Shown in pieces: positions 10,963 through 23,690 of a DNA stretch of 64,000 bases. A program made the translations under genes and the position numbers. Below the pieces are notes generated by a model. It saw nothing but the letters and a program-made list of their open reading frames with translations. It had not been told where the DNA came from and did not search any database. Numbering within the stretch: the first letter of the stretch is position 1; every line of letters begins with the position of its first letter. Origin of the DNA: Moniliella sp. 'wahieum' (lineage: Eukaryota); NCBI GenBank assembly GCA_003971905.1, contig RSEE01000013.1, forward strand, positions 620,001 through 684,000, written 5' to 3'.

Positions 10963-12959
10963 TCTCGCGACAACATGAATTATGTGTTACGATCGTATCG
11001 GATGGGCGAGCTTCTGCGGTGTGCCGGACGTATATGCCTCGTGTGCCGAGCTCGAAACTGTTTCGCGTTCGGTCCAGTCCCTGGCGCTTAGATCTATAAG
11101 CTTTTGCAACTGAGATGGATTCGACAGGTACCGCCGGTCCTGGCCATCTGGCATGCAACACATGCATCATTAATCATTGTGGTCACATCACTGATCATCC
11201 ATCCTGTTACAGTGCTCGTGACTAGTGCTAGTGATTGCCAGTGACTGTCACATGTCACTGCGGAAAGTCGGGACAATGCTAGTGCCAGTGCAAGTGCTAG
11301 TGCTAGTGATTAGTGATGGATCAACAAAATCAAAACCTTTTCTTGTGTTTCTATTCCCGCAAAGCAACCCCAGGTTCCGATCAGCTGCTGAGCTCCGCCA
11401 GTCAAGCTACGTTTGGACGTTAGGTTGTGCGTAGTGGCGGTTCCTAGGTGCGAGGTATACTTACAGGAGGCTACATTCCAGTTGAGACGGACGCAACGGT
11501 GATCATCTCACGGATCGATGATATGGTATTACTAAGTACTAAACCCCACAACATGAGTGCCTGTCTCGAGTCGTTCAATGTTATATGCGACGAGTTTTAC
11601 ACTACTTTCCTTCGTGCTACTCCATCTCAATGTGCTGGCTCTCGCTGCTTCGAGGCGCGAAGAAATGGTTCCGATTGCACGGCTCAGGCCTCGGACCTCA
11701 AATTCAAATCACATCACTTTTCACGCTATACTTTACCTCTCGTGCTCGGAGCTCATTCATTGCCACTACCCCGTTGGAGGAGAGAGCAACATTCCGACCT
11801 CTTGAGTGCTTGAGCTCATGAGTGTCATGGTGTGCCTACTTCAAGGTTATACACGTTTAACGCTCAACGACCAACGCTCAACGTTCAACGTTCAACATTA
11901 ACTTTGACCGGCGAAAGTCGGCTACACAGACCAGTTTTGTGGCCACACACCTATACTCAATAGATGACCTTCCCAACACAACAGCATGCCGCTGTCCAAC
12001 CAAACACTTAGTTACTCAAAGAGGGGTATCCTAGGGTACCCCCCCGCCCTCTCTTCTCTTTCGCGGCTGGGGTACCGTCGGTGATTGATGATTCTACAGA
12101 ATCTTTGATCACCTCTCCTCTCAGATCTCACATCGCATCGACTCATATCGTGCTCTCTCTCCGTTCCTAGCCACGTGCGGAGGCACATGAGTACTCATCG
12201 ATCATCGAGATCATCAGCATACATGGGAGGGTACATGGCCTACCGTCACGCTCCCTTAACGATTATCGAGTATCGCACAGAGAGCTAACATTTAGTAACT
12301 TAACAAACTGTGGGCCTGTGAGAGGCCTGAGATCTGAGACCTAGGACCGGCACCGACAACCTTGGAGCTTGGCCGGACCAAAGAAACCGCACTAGAGTAC
12401 ACAGTAGAGCAACAATAGAGCGCACTACTAAAGCACAGCACTACAGCATCAGGGACCTGCAGATCACTTTGGAGCACTGTAGAGCACAGTGGAGCAACGT
12501 CGATCGAACAGATCAGCTGCATATTATGCTTTCTGATATGGTACGAGCATCACATGCACTGTATAGCGTGCGGTCGGGGTTCGTAACCCATCAGTCGTAC
12601 CACCTTTTCGCTTCGTTTTGGCCTTGGTGTACCCTATACGTCGCCGCGCGCCGGGGTGTGTGAAGGACATGGGACGATGGTTGATTCACGAAGAACGCGT
12701 AACGAGGCAGTCGCGCTGCAATTAAGGGCCCAGGAAGACCCACCTACCAACAGAACGACAACATGTAATGTATTTGGAACAGAGGCAATCCCGCTCTCTG
12801 CCAGTGCTCTTCCTCCTCATATTGACTGATGCTTGTGTCCCTCCCCCACCCCTTCCTCTCATATAAAGCAGAGAGAGAGAGAAGCTTTCTATGCGATCCC
12901 CATCCGACTTGCCCCCTTCCACTTCTTTACGCTCCAAGTGTCCCTCCCCAGGCTCCAAC

Positions 12960-14529
12960 ATGCACCTCCGCTCTCTTATTCCGTTCGTCGCATTCGCTTT
13001 CTCGTTGGCCCGTGCCGATCCCATCCGCGGTGTCAGTCTAGGGTACGTTTTCCAGTTTCTGTTTACTTATTTCCCCTCCTTTATACTGCAAAATGGGGTG
13101 TATCTGAGGGTGTGCTCCTTCATCTGCCTCCCCGCCCACTACCCTACCCCGCGTATCTATTTCCGAGCGCTCCAATCGAGAGACTGACACTGTTGATGGA
13201 TTCCCGTACTCTTTCGTACACAGCGGCTGGTTGCTGGCTGAAAAGTGGATGGTACCATCGCTCTTCCAACAGACGGGCAACGATAGCGTAGTGGACGAGT
13301 GGACGTTTGGATCGGTCCCCAACGCCCAGGAGTTGCTCACCAACCATTGGGAGCATTTCATCACCGAATCGGATTTCCAACAGATGAGCAATGCTGGACT
13401 CAACTTTGTTCGGTACGTTTCTCCCCCCTCGTTTCCTTTGCCAAAGAGAGAGGATCGAGGCCATGCCGACGGAGGATGCCCATGATGTCCAGGAGAGGTG
13501 ATTTCAAAGCCACGGAACACTCACTGACTTGCTGAAACATCAACCCGGCTACCCAACTACATAGGATCCCGATCGGCTATTGGGCATACGACAAAGATGA
13601 CGACGAACCCTATGTCAAGGCCAACCAGACCGCCTACCTGGCGCGTGCGGTTGGATGGGCCAACCAGCACGGAATCCAAGTGATGGTCGATCTGCACGGC
13701 GTGCCAGGATCGCAGAATGGGCAAGCCACCTCGGGCCATAAGGGACCGATCGCATGGCAGAAGAGTGCCTCGAATGCCCAGCGCGCCCAAGCAGTTATTT
13801 CCCAAATCAGCAACGACCTCAAAGGCAAAGTAAGTCATATTGAACTGATCAACGAGCCTTTTCTCGACCGCCCCATTGCCAACTTGACCACCTACCACAA
13901 AAAACTATTACAAGGCGGCGTACCCGACCACCCAGCCGAGCTTCACCGGCGTTCTACACGACGGATTCCTTCCCCTGTCCAGCTGGGACGGCTTTTTGCC
14001 AGGAAGCATGCTGGATACCCATATCTACATTGGCCTGCAACCGTACCGTGGCATGGATCGTACGTATCCTCCCCCCCTCCCCCCTTTGTGCCGAAGCGAA
14101 AAGAGCGGCTGTTTTGCGCATGGCCAAGGGACTGTAGCTGACCTCGGCTCACGTGCCCAGCCAACGCGACGGTCCCAGCGTACGACAACATTACCGACGC
14201 GAACCTGCGGCAGATCTGCCAGCTCAAGGGCACGTTGGCCGCGAGCCAAGCGCACCACGCGACGCTGGTGGGGTTTACGCTGACGCAGACCGCGTCTTCG
14301 GCGCAGCGGCGGGGGATGGTGGGGGTGCATAAGAGGGGTGACGCGGGACCAGGTGGCGTACCGCAAGGCGCTGTTTGACACGCAGCGGGCGGTGTACGAG
14401 GAAATGGGGCGGGGTGGTCGATGTGGACGTGGAAGATGGACTATGCGAGTGCGTGGAGCTATGAGTCGGCTGCGCAACGGCTGGATCACACGCGACCTCG
14501 CGTCACGTGGCGCGGCGGCGGCGTGCTGA
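12960..14529 (+). CDS. Secreted GH5 exo-1,3-beta-glucanase (Exg1-like), multi-exon
   Basis: Signal peptide MHLRSLIPFVAFAFSLARA; IRGVSLG|GWLLAEKWMVPSLF; DEWTF; HWEHFITESDF..GLNFVR|IPIGYW; MVDLHGVPGSQNG; IELINEP (acid/base Glu); DTHIY; WTWK near the C-terminus. Frameshifts present. Confidence 0.88.
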
Positions 14530-14720
14530 TGCATGATGGTGGGAGGGAATGGGCGATGGGATGGGCATAGCAATGGGACACTGGCGATTTAACCTTGCAG
14601 CGGATTACGTACAGACGCAGATAGCGAGATACCCACCAGCAAGAGAAATGTTCAACTGCATTCCGCCGTCGCTTGCTCCGCTGCGGCTGACCCGCGGTGG
14701 CCGCGACGCAATGGGAAGAA

Positions 14721-16829
14721 ATGGATTGGGTTTGGCATCCGAGGCTCGCTCCCGCTCCTCTGCCTGACCTCCCCGCCCCGCGCCGCCCCACACCGGGCGC
14801 CCATGGCCGCCCTCGCCACGCTCCGGCCCAGCCCGCGCGCGCTTGCGCTGGCCGTTTCGCGGCCCAGCCCATGCCCCTACCACACCCTCGTCCCCGCCCT
14901 CGCCCCCGCCGCCGCCGCCCGCTTCCCGCCGCCCTCCGACCCGCTCCTGGCCAGCCTCCTGCGCAACACCCCGTCGGCCGCCCATGCCCCCGCCCCTGCC
15001 CCCGCGCCCTTCCTTGCTCCCTGCACCTTTCCCCGCCCTCCCCGCCCCCGGCCCCCGCACGCCCCCGCCACGCCCCCCCCCCCGGCGCCATCTGCTCTCG
15101 CTCCAGCTGCCTGCGTCCACACGTGACCGCCTCCTCCACCGCTGCTGTCGCGCCCTCTTGCAGCGCCCTCTCCCCCCAGGACGCCCTTGCCCAGCTCTAC
15201 CACGATCTCCTCCACGCCCTCCGCCCTGCGCCCGCCCAGCGAGAGCGCATCGCCAACGAGGCCGCTGTTCTTCTTCTCGCCCGCCTCGTCAGCATCAGCA
15301 TGCCCGACCAGGCCTGCCTGCCGAAAAAACGCCCCAGCCATCCGCACCCTCAATCGGCCCACGTCGCCCGTTCCCTCCTTCCTGCCAAATCCGCCCCGTT
15401 TCAAGCACCGCGCAACCGGCCCACTTCCACTCCCCGCTCCAGTACTGGTACTTTATCATGGCCCAGTTTGCTCCCCCACCGCTGCTGTCGGAACGAAACG
15501 AAGTGACGGTGCTGCCGCTCCCGCAGGCTTCGGTGGAGCGTGTGCAGGTCGCTTGCGAGTTTTACCAAGCCATCTGCCCCACGGTGGACAAGCGCGAGGC
15601 ACTGGACATTGCCAAGGTCCAGAACAAGACACTCTATTACCTCTTTGACCTGCTCTTTGCCCAACTCTCTCTGGCCCTCTCCGATCTCCGGGCCGGCGAG
15701 GTGCCCGACCCACACAAGCTCCTTGCTCCCCAAGGTGAATTGCACTTTGTCCTCCACACCCTCTCCCTCCTCTTGGCCGATCCCATTCTTCGTCCAACCA
15801 TGGCCCGCTTGGCCACACGACGCTTGATTGCCCTCTTGTCGGAACATACCCGTCTCCTCCTCCGGGTCACCAACGACGCTCACCATGCCGCATCCACCTC
15901 GTCCCCCAAGCGCCGGAGAAACCTTGCTCACATCCTCGACCAGGCACAACAGGGCACCCACCTTTTCCGACAAACCCTCTTGGATCATATTCCTTGCTTT
16001 GACGGCGCTCGCTACCGCGGCTTGAGCTTTGAACACGATACGGGGGCTCAGACGTGGTATACGCTCTTGTCCACCTTATCTTTGGACGTGGCCACCCATC
16101 CCCTCCTGCTCGCTATGGTCCAAAAGCTGAGACGACAATGGCAAGCTGCATACACCACCCCAGGGTGTGGGACAGCTTTCGCCCCGACGTGGACCGACGG
16201 CGAGTGGTGGTGTTGATGCAGTCGCTGTTGCTCCTTCGAAACGATGGTCAACTCTGGGACGAGCGACCGCATTTTCCCCTCAGACCTCAGATGCTCGTTG
16301 CGCCCAACGGAGAGCAAGTGGAACTGTGCCCTGAGAGCCATCGTACCGCTCTCCATCTATTCCACCTTCTCCCCCGCGCTGCTCGTAGTCGGCAGCTCGC
16401 CCATCTCCTCCTCTCGGTCTGGGGGAACATCCACTCAACCATCTCCGCCCGCTCCCTCCGGTACCGGGAACCGAAGATGCCTTGTCTCCGGCCCCACCTA
16501 GCCTCACGGGCATAGACTCAAATCTCAACATGGACATGGACATGGATATGGATACGGATACGGACGTGGACATGGACTCGGGCGTTACCCGTGCTCACAC
16601 TCGTCCTCATCCTCATGCTCGGCCATTCGACCCGGCTGCAGGACAGGAGGCGCTGCATGCAGCCATGTGGCACACGTACCTTGCTTCCTACCCTGTCGGA
16701 GCAGATACGTTCCGCGCCCGCTTTGCCTCGCACCTGCTCCATGGCGCTGCTCACCGCATCGACGAGGACCTGGCTTACCTCCGCGCCCAAGGCCAGCACG
16801 CACTCTTGCGTGCGCTCCTGGACAGATGA
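14721..16829 (+). CDS. Hypothetical protein, Pro-rich N-terminus (frameshifted; family not recognised)
   Basis: Overlapping long ORFs 14697-15506, 14843-16216, 16054-16515 and 16482-16829 with globular-looking stretches (ACEFYQAICPTVDKREALDIAKVQNKTLYYLFDLLF). Confidence 0.5.
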
Positions 16830-16899
16830 GATGGATCAACATGCATCATGCCTGGCGTGTGGTGGGACGGGTGCTGTGCTCGTATTCGTACTGGTATTC

Positions 16900-16950
16900 G
16901 TAGGGATGGAGGTAGGGATGGAGGTAGGGATGGAGGTAGGGATGGAGGTA
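16900..16950. repeat. 12-bp tandem repeat (GTAGGGATGGAG)x~4
   Basis: Read directly. Confidence 0.9.
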
Positions 16951-17273
16951 AGGTGTGCGGAGTGCGAGTGAGAGTGCGAGTGCAAGTGCGAGTGCCGGCT
17001 GCTGCGATCCATGAGAGCATGCCGGTCGGGGCGACAATCGAGGCGGCATGAGGTGTTGACACGGTGGATGGGGTGTGAGATCACATGTGACGGGCAGCTG
17101 CACGTGAGTGGGTTGTGAGCCCTACCATTCCGATTCCTCGATCCTCAATCACGATCATTAATTTCTTTAGTCAGTCGTCGCTCAAATGCAATCCTCACGC
17201 CCTGAGTTGAGCCATTATGCATGAGTTCCCAAGTGTACAAGTGTATCACGCCGACAGAGCTCTCAGAGGACGT

Positions 17274-17305
17274 TTAGCACTTAGTACTTAGTACTTAGCA
17301 TGTCA
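17274..17305. repeat. TNA-centred 7-bp array
   Basis: TTA GCAC TTA GTAC TTA GTAC TTA GCATG TCA. Confidence 0.9.
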
Positions 17306-17340
17306 CACCAGTCGCCTGAGCGGTGCTGGACGCGGCCTGG

Positions 17341-18851
17341 ATGCTGCTACTGACTCACCTCATGCCCTGCCTCTTCCCCCCACCTCCACCTTCCCCGCCA
17401 CCGCCACCGCCACCGCCACCGCCGCCGCCACACCCACACCCGATGCAGACCGGCCGCCGGCGTGTCCGCCCGCACGCCCGCGCCAGGCGGTCGATGCCGC
17501 TGCTCACTTCCTACGACGCTGAGCCCCGCCCCTCCGCTGCTGCCCGACGCGCATTCGACCTGCAACCCGCCGAGCTCGTTCGTCGTCGTGCCTCCTCCTC
17601 CTTTCTCGCCCGCCCTCCTTCCCTGCCCCTTCCGATGCCGACCAGGCCGACGACGAGGGCACCTGCACCTCCTTCGATCGCCCTCGCACGTACTTTGGTT
17701 CTGCATCTGCATCCACATCCACATCCGCAGCCGCATCTGTATTCGCATCCACATCCGCATCCGCTCACCTCGCTCGACGACCACATTGGTCCCGATCCCC
17801 TCGTCTGTCGTCGCTACCTCTCCACCTGTCCCTCCCTCGCCCTGTGCCAGTGCCAGTGCCGGCGCCCTTCCCCTCTCCCCCTCTACCCACTCCACCCCAC
17901 CGCTCACCCCGCACACACACAAACATTCCTACTCGGCCCTTACCATCTCGTCGTCTCGTACCCTCCTCTCCCCTGTCTTGCCCAACGACTGGCCCACTGC
18001 CTCGCCCACCAAGGACTCGTCTACCAACCGCCCGCCTACCACGCACTCGCTTACCAAAGACTCGCTACCAAGGACTCGCCTAGTAAGAACTGGGACATCT
18101 CCGACCTTCTCCAGCAGATTGACGAACTACGGTGCCCTGTGTCCCCATTAACCTGGCCTGCGCCTCCTGCGCCTGACATGGGGTCCGGGGCAGATGAGAC
18201 GAGGATGTCCGTTCTCTTCCTGTTGTTCCTACGGAGGAAGAAGATGACATTGCCCTGCTCGGTTCGGGTTCTGGTTCGGACGAGGAGAAGGAGAAGACAA
18301 AGGAGAAGGAGAAGGAGAAGGAGAAGGCGAAAGAGAGGGAAAAGGAATATGAGGGGGAGCTACTTCCCTTTGCCTCGTCGGCCGGGATCGGAAAGGACGT
18401 GTGGACGGCTCCCGTGTCAGCAGAGGGCTATGCTGCGCTTTGGGACCTAGCTACCGTCCCTCCCGAATGGGCGGACGAGCCGTTCGGGTTGGCTCTTGCA
18501 GAGCCGGAGGGGAGCACCAGCGTAGGTCTCGTTCCTTCTCCTTCGTTCCTGTCTACGCAGCGCGCGTCACCTTTCTTTCGACTTTTTCCCCGTGTCGACC
18601 GGGAGGGGACGGAACACGTTGGAGCAGTGGTGGTAGACCTCAAGGAACGTGTTGCTTCCCTTTCGCGTCACGTTGCGGTCCTGATATCGACTTGGCTTAC
18701 GTTTATTTCGCTGGTGCTCTGTGCAGGCGTGTTCCTCTTGTCGTACGTCCTCTTTTTTCCTTCCTACCCCCCCCCCCCCCCCGCCCTTGCTCTCCTAAGC
18801 GACGCGGGTGCATGCTGGGCCAAGAGCTACGCTGACCCTTGTTGCTTTTAG
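17341..18851 (+). CDS. Hypothetical low-complexity protein with a C-terminal hydrophobic (membrane?) segment
   Basis: Long P/H-rich ORF (..WDISDLLQQIDEL..) plus downstream ORF with VAVLISTWLTFISLVLCAGVFLLS; needs frameshift(s) or an intron to join. Confidence 0.4.
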
Positions 18852-19040
18852 ACGGGGACCTCGCCGAACTCTTGCCTTGTCCAACGGCCGGTAGTTGTTG
18901 ATGTGCCAGACTTTGTTTTGTCTTGTGTGGTTTGTGTGTGTATTATGCTGTTTCATGGGGCGCATCAATTGGTATGCATGTATGGGTAACTGGACAAGGC
19001 CTAATGGGCCGCCTTTTGCATGCTTCGCAGTCAAGGATAG

Positions 19041-19081
19041 AGGGAGGTAGGGGGAGGTAGGGGGAGGTAGGGGGAGGTAGG
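19041..19081. repeat. 10-bp tandem repeat (GGGGAGGTAG)x4
   Basis: Read directly. Confidence 0.9.
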
Positions 19082-19119
19082 TGGAAGTGGGGAGGGTTAG
19101 GTGGACAGACGACGCCAAA

Positions 19120-22050
19120 CTAGCCCATCAACTTGTACTTATCCCAGTGCATCTCTTGATGCAGAACGCCATCCAGGATGAGCTCTGCCGTCCAGACTCG
19201 GACGGGACTGCCATCAACACACCGGTCCCCGCTCAGTTGCGCCCACACACGCCGATCCGCCTCAGACGAAATGAGGTGCACAGTGTCCGGATAGGGCAGG
19301 ATGCTATCCACGTTGAGCGACTTTTTGCTCTTGCCCCCCGCCGCCTGCACCACCCTCCGTAACACTTCCTCCGAGGGCGTCACCTTGGCCGTAAAGAGGA
19401 ATGTGTGGCCAGCAAGAAGCTCCCCTCGACTTCGCCTTCGTGCCAACGAACTTGCCAACGTCATGCCCCGCAGCTCTTCATTCTTCTTGTCCTGCAACGC
19501 ATACGCACTGGCTTCCCCCCCTCGTGGTCCCGCAGCAGCACCGACATCCACGCTGGCGTCACCACCTCCACCCCGCGCGCCACCGCACAGAGCAACTTGG
19601 GCGTTCGCTGCAAGGACGCCGCCACCAGCACCTCGGTTTTCTCCGTCACTTCCGCTTGCATCCACCACCCAAGCTTGCGCAGCTGCTTCTCATCGGCTGC
19701 TGAAACCTCCATGGCGGTAGTGGCAAAGTACCGTTTCTTGGCCGCTCCAGGTGTAGTTGGCGTTAGCCCCCTCGTCGCGTCTCCCTCTCGACCCCGGCCC
19801 CTCTCTCGTGGCGTGGCCACAGGCGAGGAGCTCACCTGCTCCCCCTCTGCGCAGGATAGGTCCTTTCTCTTTCTTGGCCGTCTCCGTCCGCTCCGCCTTG
19901 GAGGCGGGAGCGGCCTTCGCTTTTTTGTGGGACTCGGGCGTGGCCCCGTTGGCCTCCACACCTCCTGCCCGTATTATTTCCGCCGTCTCGTTCTCCAGCT
20001 TCGCTGCTGGAGGAGCAGGCACCACCTTCTTCTTCCTGTTCCGCACGGGCTCTTGCTTCGGTTCGTCTTCTTGGGACAGGCGTCGCCTCTTGCCTGTGGT
20101 CGCTTGGCGCGGACTAGCTACTGCTTCCTTAAGCAGTGCCTCCTTCTCAAGCGGCAGCTGTTCCCTAGTTACGTGCCCATCTGTTGCGTGTCTGGCGCGT
20201 GCAGTGCGGGGCGCGCATCCCCCTCAAGGCGTGTGTGCCAGGTGTCCCACCCGCGCGCTCCTCTGGCTCTGACTCTGGCTCTACCTCGTTCTCTTGCGCC
20301 GCAGCCACCTTGCGCCTCATTGGGCTTCCTCGTTCATCCCGGCGGCGCATTGAGATGGCCTTTCTGAGCCAAGGACTGGTCGGTTGACCTTCAACCCACT
20401 TGGTCGCTTGCGCAATCCACGGATCCAGCAAATCTCGGGTCAGTTTCGCCCGTCCCACCTGATCTTGCATCTTGACGTCAGAGGGGAATTGGGTGAAGGA
20501 GGGACGAGCTTGGACAGGGCAGTTGCTCCACGTTGCCAGACAATGTTCCAACCAGGTATGGTTGATTACCTTGATCCCCCATGAAGTGGCTCGTTTCGCC
20601 TTGTCGCCGCGTAAGGAGGCAGTGATGAGATGGGTATTGCGGCTGCTCATCTCGGGGTCCAATGAGCGCCTGCGCGGCGCACCAATTCTTTCAGGTACGA
20701 GCGCGCTTCCGCCCGTATAGTTGCTCAGGCTAAAGACATAGTCTGGGAAGTGGTCAATGGGCCGCGAGGGGCAGGGCGAATGCAGAAGTTGGTCCATCGG
20801 GTCGACCAGATGGCCGTACGCAATCACATACCACAGCCAACTGCTCGTCGCTAGCCGTTTGCCCAGGTACAACGCCCACTTGGCCGCATCGGAATCTCGG
20901 AACGAAGTCACCACCACATCGCTCTCCATCACGGCCGAGGCTAGTTCGGCCGGCTCGCGTCGCTCCACCCAGGTGCCACCGTGGTCGATGACACTCTTTT
21001 GTACCATGGCCAGCGAAGCTTCGCTCACTTTTCGTTGGGAAGGAACAGCAGCTTGAGTCCCTGCAGCGCGTCTTTCCGCTGGAACAAAGCCACGCGGCCT
21101 TCTTTAGGGGCAGTAAACAGGTGGGCGGGATCCAAATTGGATGGCCCGAGGGGGCCAGAGGGACGTTCGACGTGTTGCCTAGGCGCCTCAGGACCTCGCA
21201 ACGCTTGTTCGGGATTGAGATGCGAAAATGGAGGAGGTTCGCCGCGTAAAAAGGGAGGAAGACCTGGGTGATCCAAGGGCCAAGCAAATGCATCGACAGA
21301 GAGGAGGGTAGTAAACTTGATACACTCATTGACCCAGGCGGGGTGGACAGCAAGCATAGATAAGTCCCGGTTCTCCTCCTTGCGCACAACAGCCAAGCTG
21401 CTCGAGTCTTCTAGAGGGGTAATGATGTGCGTCACCTCCTTTGTCAAGTTGAGGCGGTAGTGTCCGCCCAGACTCTGGATCGCGCCCAAGATCAGCTCGG
21501 ATTCAGTCGGGCTTATTCGCGATAGGTGCACCACCACTCCACTGAAGATGCGAGCTGGGTCAGGAGAGAAGTACCGCTCCGCCTGCCGCGTAGCCAGGCA
21601 GAAGAACGCACCACCCACTCGGGACTGACCACCGTCGCACGCGTCATGTCCCGCTCCTCCTGCAACCCATCCGCTTGCGGATCCCCACACTGATCGTACT
21701 CGGGAAACGCAATGGTGTGCGTCACAACGTGCGTCACCACGTCTGGATCGAATCGGTACTCCCCGCCGGCAGCGGGTCAACTTGCTCGCCCCGGCCCTCG
21801 CCCGGAGACGATCTACACACTTCGAACGCCATCTGGGGTCTTGCGCATCCCATTCGGTTGCACCAGCTCATGAGAAGGGCGCGGATCTTAAGTACGTCAG
21901 TAGGGGGGCGGTAGGCAGGCGAAAGGGCGCAAGGGAGGGGGGGACTAGTTACAGTATGAGTTTCGTCAGCGTCCAGGTCGGTGTTGAGGAAGAAGATGAC
22001 GTCGCGCATATCGGGCAGCGCGACAGCTGGGCTGGGGCAGGTGGGGCCAT
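19120..22050 (-). CDS. RTT107: Multi-BRCT DNA-damage scaffold, Rtt107/Brc1-like
   Basis: YFSPDPARIFSGVVV..LGGHY..VTHII..VHPAWVNEC; FSLSNYTG..NTHLITA..GDKAKRA..WGIKVINHTWLEHC; C-terminal LQRTPKLLCAVA..VVTPAW and VWTAELILDGVLHQEM. Start codon uncertain. Confidence 0.85.
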
Positions 22051-22630
22051 GGTGGCCGAGGAGAACAGGACGCGGGCAAGGGCGAAGGTAGCGGCACCGG
22101 CAGCGAAGGTGGTGGTAGTGGTGGTGGCGAAATCCATCGCGTCGCGTAGGTGGGGGGGCAGCGGTTACGCGACGCGTTCTGGCCACAAAGACTCAGCGCT
22201 CAGCCCCTGACTGGCGCAGCGCCAGTGTGCGTCGGCACAACGGATCCTCTCGCTTATCCCACATCGATGATCCGTTTTAGGCGAAGCAATCAATACTCCG
22301 CCGCAACTCTCCTTCATACGGTCCTTTCGCTGGCCGCGATGAGTTCGGCAGTGGTCCCGCGGTTACAACAGCGAGTTGTGCGATGCGGTAGTGGATGGAC
22401 CGAATCGTCTTCGCCAGCGGACAAACCGCACCTGGCTGCCGCCGGTGGAGCAAACGGGTGCAACGGGAGAAGTCCAGCCCGCGCCCGGCCGAGGGGGCAG
22501 GAGGACGCATACGTAAGCACGCCTGTGTGGCACTTGCCTCATCGATCATCCCCCCAACACCCATGGGGTCACGCGACGCGGGGCAGAATCGATAAGCCCA
22601 CCGTCAGCCAACTCACATCGCTCCGCCCCT

Positions 22631-23227
22631 ATGTCGTCGCCCAAGCGTCGGATCAAGACAGACGTAATGAAGATGTTGAAGAGCAACTACGAGATTGGGA
22701 TTCCTTTCTCTCTCAGGTGTGTTTTGGTCGAGAGTACTCCCCATCCGCACTTCCCAACCAGCCCCATTTGCCGATTGGATGTGGAAGATTCATGTCGAGC
22801 TACCAGCGGAGATGACCCTTACCACTGATCAATAGCCGTCGATTGACTTTCGCAACCAGATATTCCATCCCAACATTGACGAAGTCACAGGCTCCGCGTG
22901 TCTCGATGTGATCACAACCAGGCAGGGACACCCGGCCTCTACGGCCGGATCAATGCGTTTGACTCCGTCGTCCGGCAGCTGCTGCGTTGGCGGGATGCTG
23001 GCCGCCCCCTCAAGGGTGAAGCCCCGCTGCGCTACTTTCATCGGTTGCTCGAAGCTGTAAGACCAAAGGGTGAGGGATTGAATATGTGACTAAGTGCTAC
23101 GCCTCGTCCGCTGCCGTGGCCAAGGGTGAGAGGATGAGGAAGAGGATGAAGAGAGCGAGGAGGAAGACATAGCCGATGTCTCATTTAGTGGCGAGGACGA
23201 GGCTGCCCGCCGAATGGACCTCTCTAA
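22631..23227 (+). CDS. UBC8: Ubiquitin-conjugating enzyme E2 Ubc8/UBE2H; heavily disrupted (pseudogene or poor consensus)
   Basis: [41 protein letters not shown] (catalytic Cys); acidic tail. Frameshifts, stops and many substitutions. Confidence 0.75.
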
Positions 23228-23690
23228 CGGTGCGCTGCTCCACTTCCGTAGTATTTTTTTCGACCACTGTTGAATATATTGATCCCGTCCTCTGAATATC
23301 ATCTTCCCACAGATCCAAATAGCCGATGTGTCTTCTCACATGCATGCCAATGGCAGCAGCGTAGTGGTGGTGTGGCCTTGTCCAGCAACCTCGGCGCCGG
23401 AGAATTGGCGCAGCCCATAGCGTATTTCGTATCGCGTGCGGTTACCGCGTATAGCTGTTGGTTATAGCTGTTGGTCGCGGTTACGCTGCGCGTTTGATTA
23501 GGCCGCCGGTCCGATGTGCGGTGTGGTGCCGGCGTCCGCAGCGGGCGCTAGCGCTGTGCCTGACGCCACGTGTGATGGTAGGGTTGCCGCCCCCTCCTTT
23601 CGCCACGCCTCAGGTGAGGCCTCAGGGCACCTGCCCCGCCCCATCGCGACACGACCCACCACCTTTTCTGCGCTTGCTGCTTGCTTAGCC

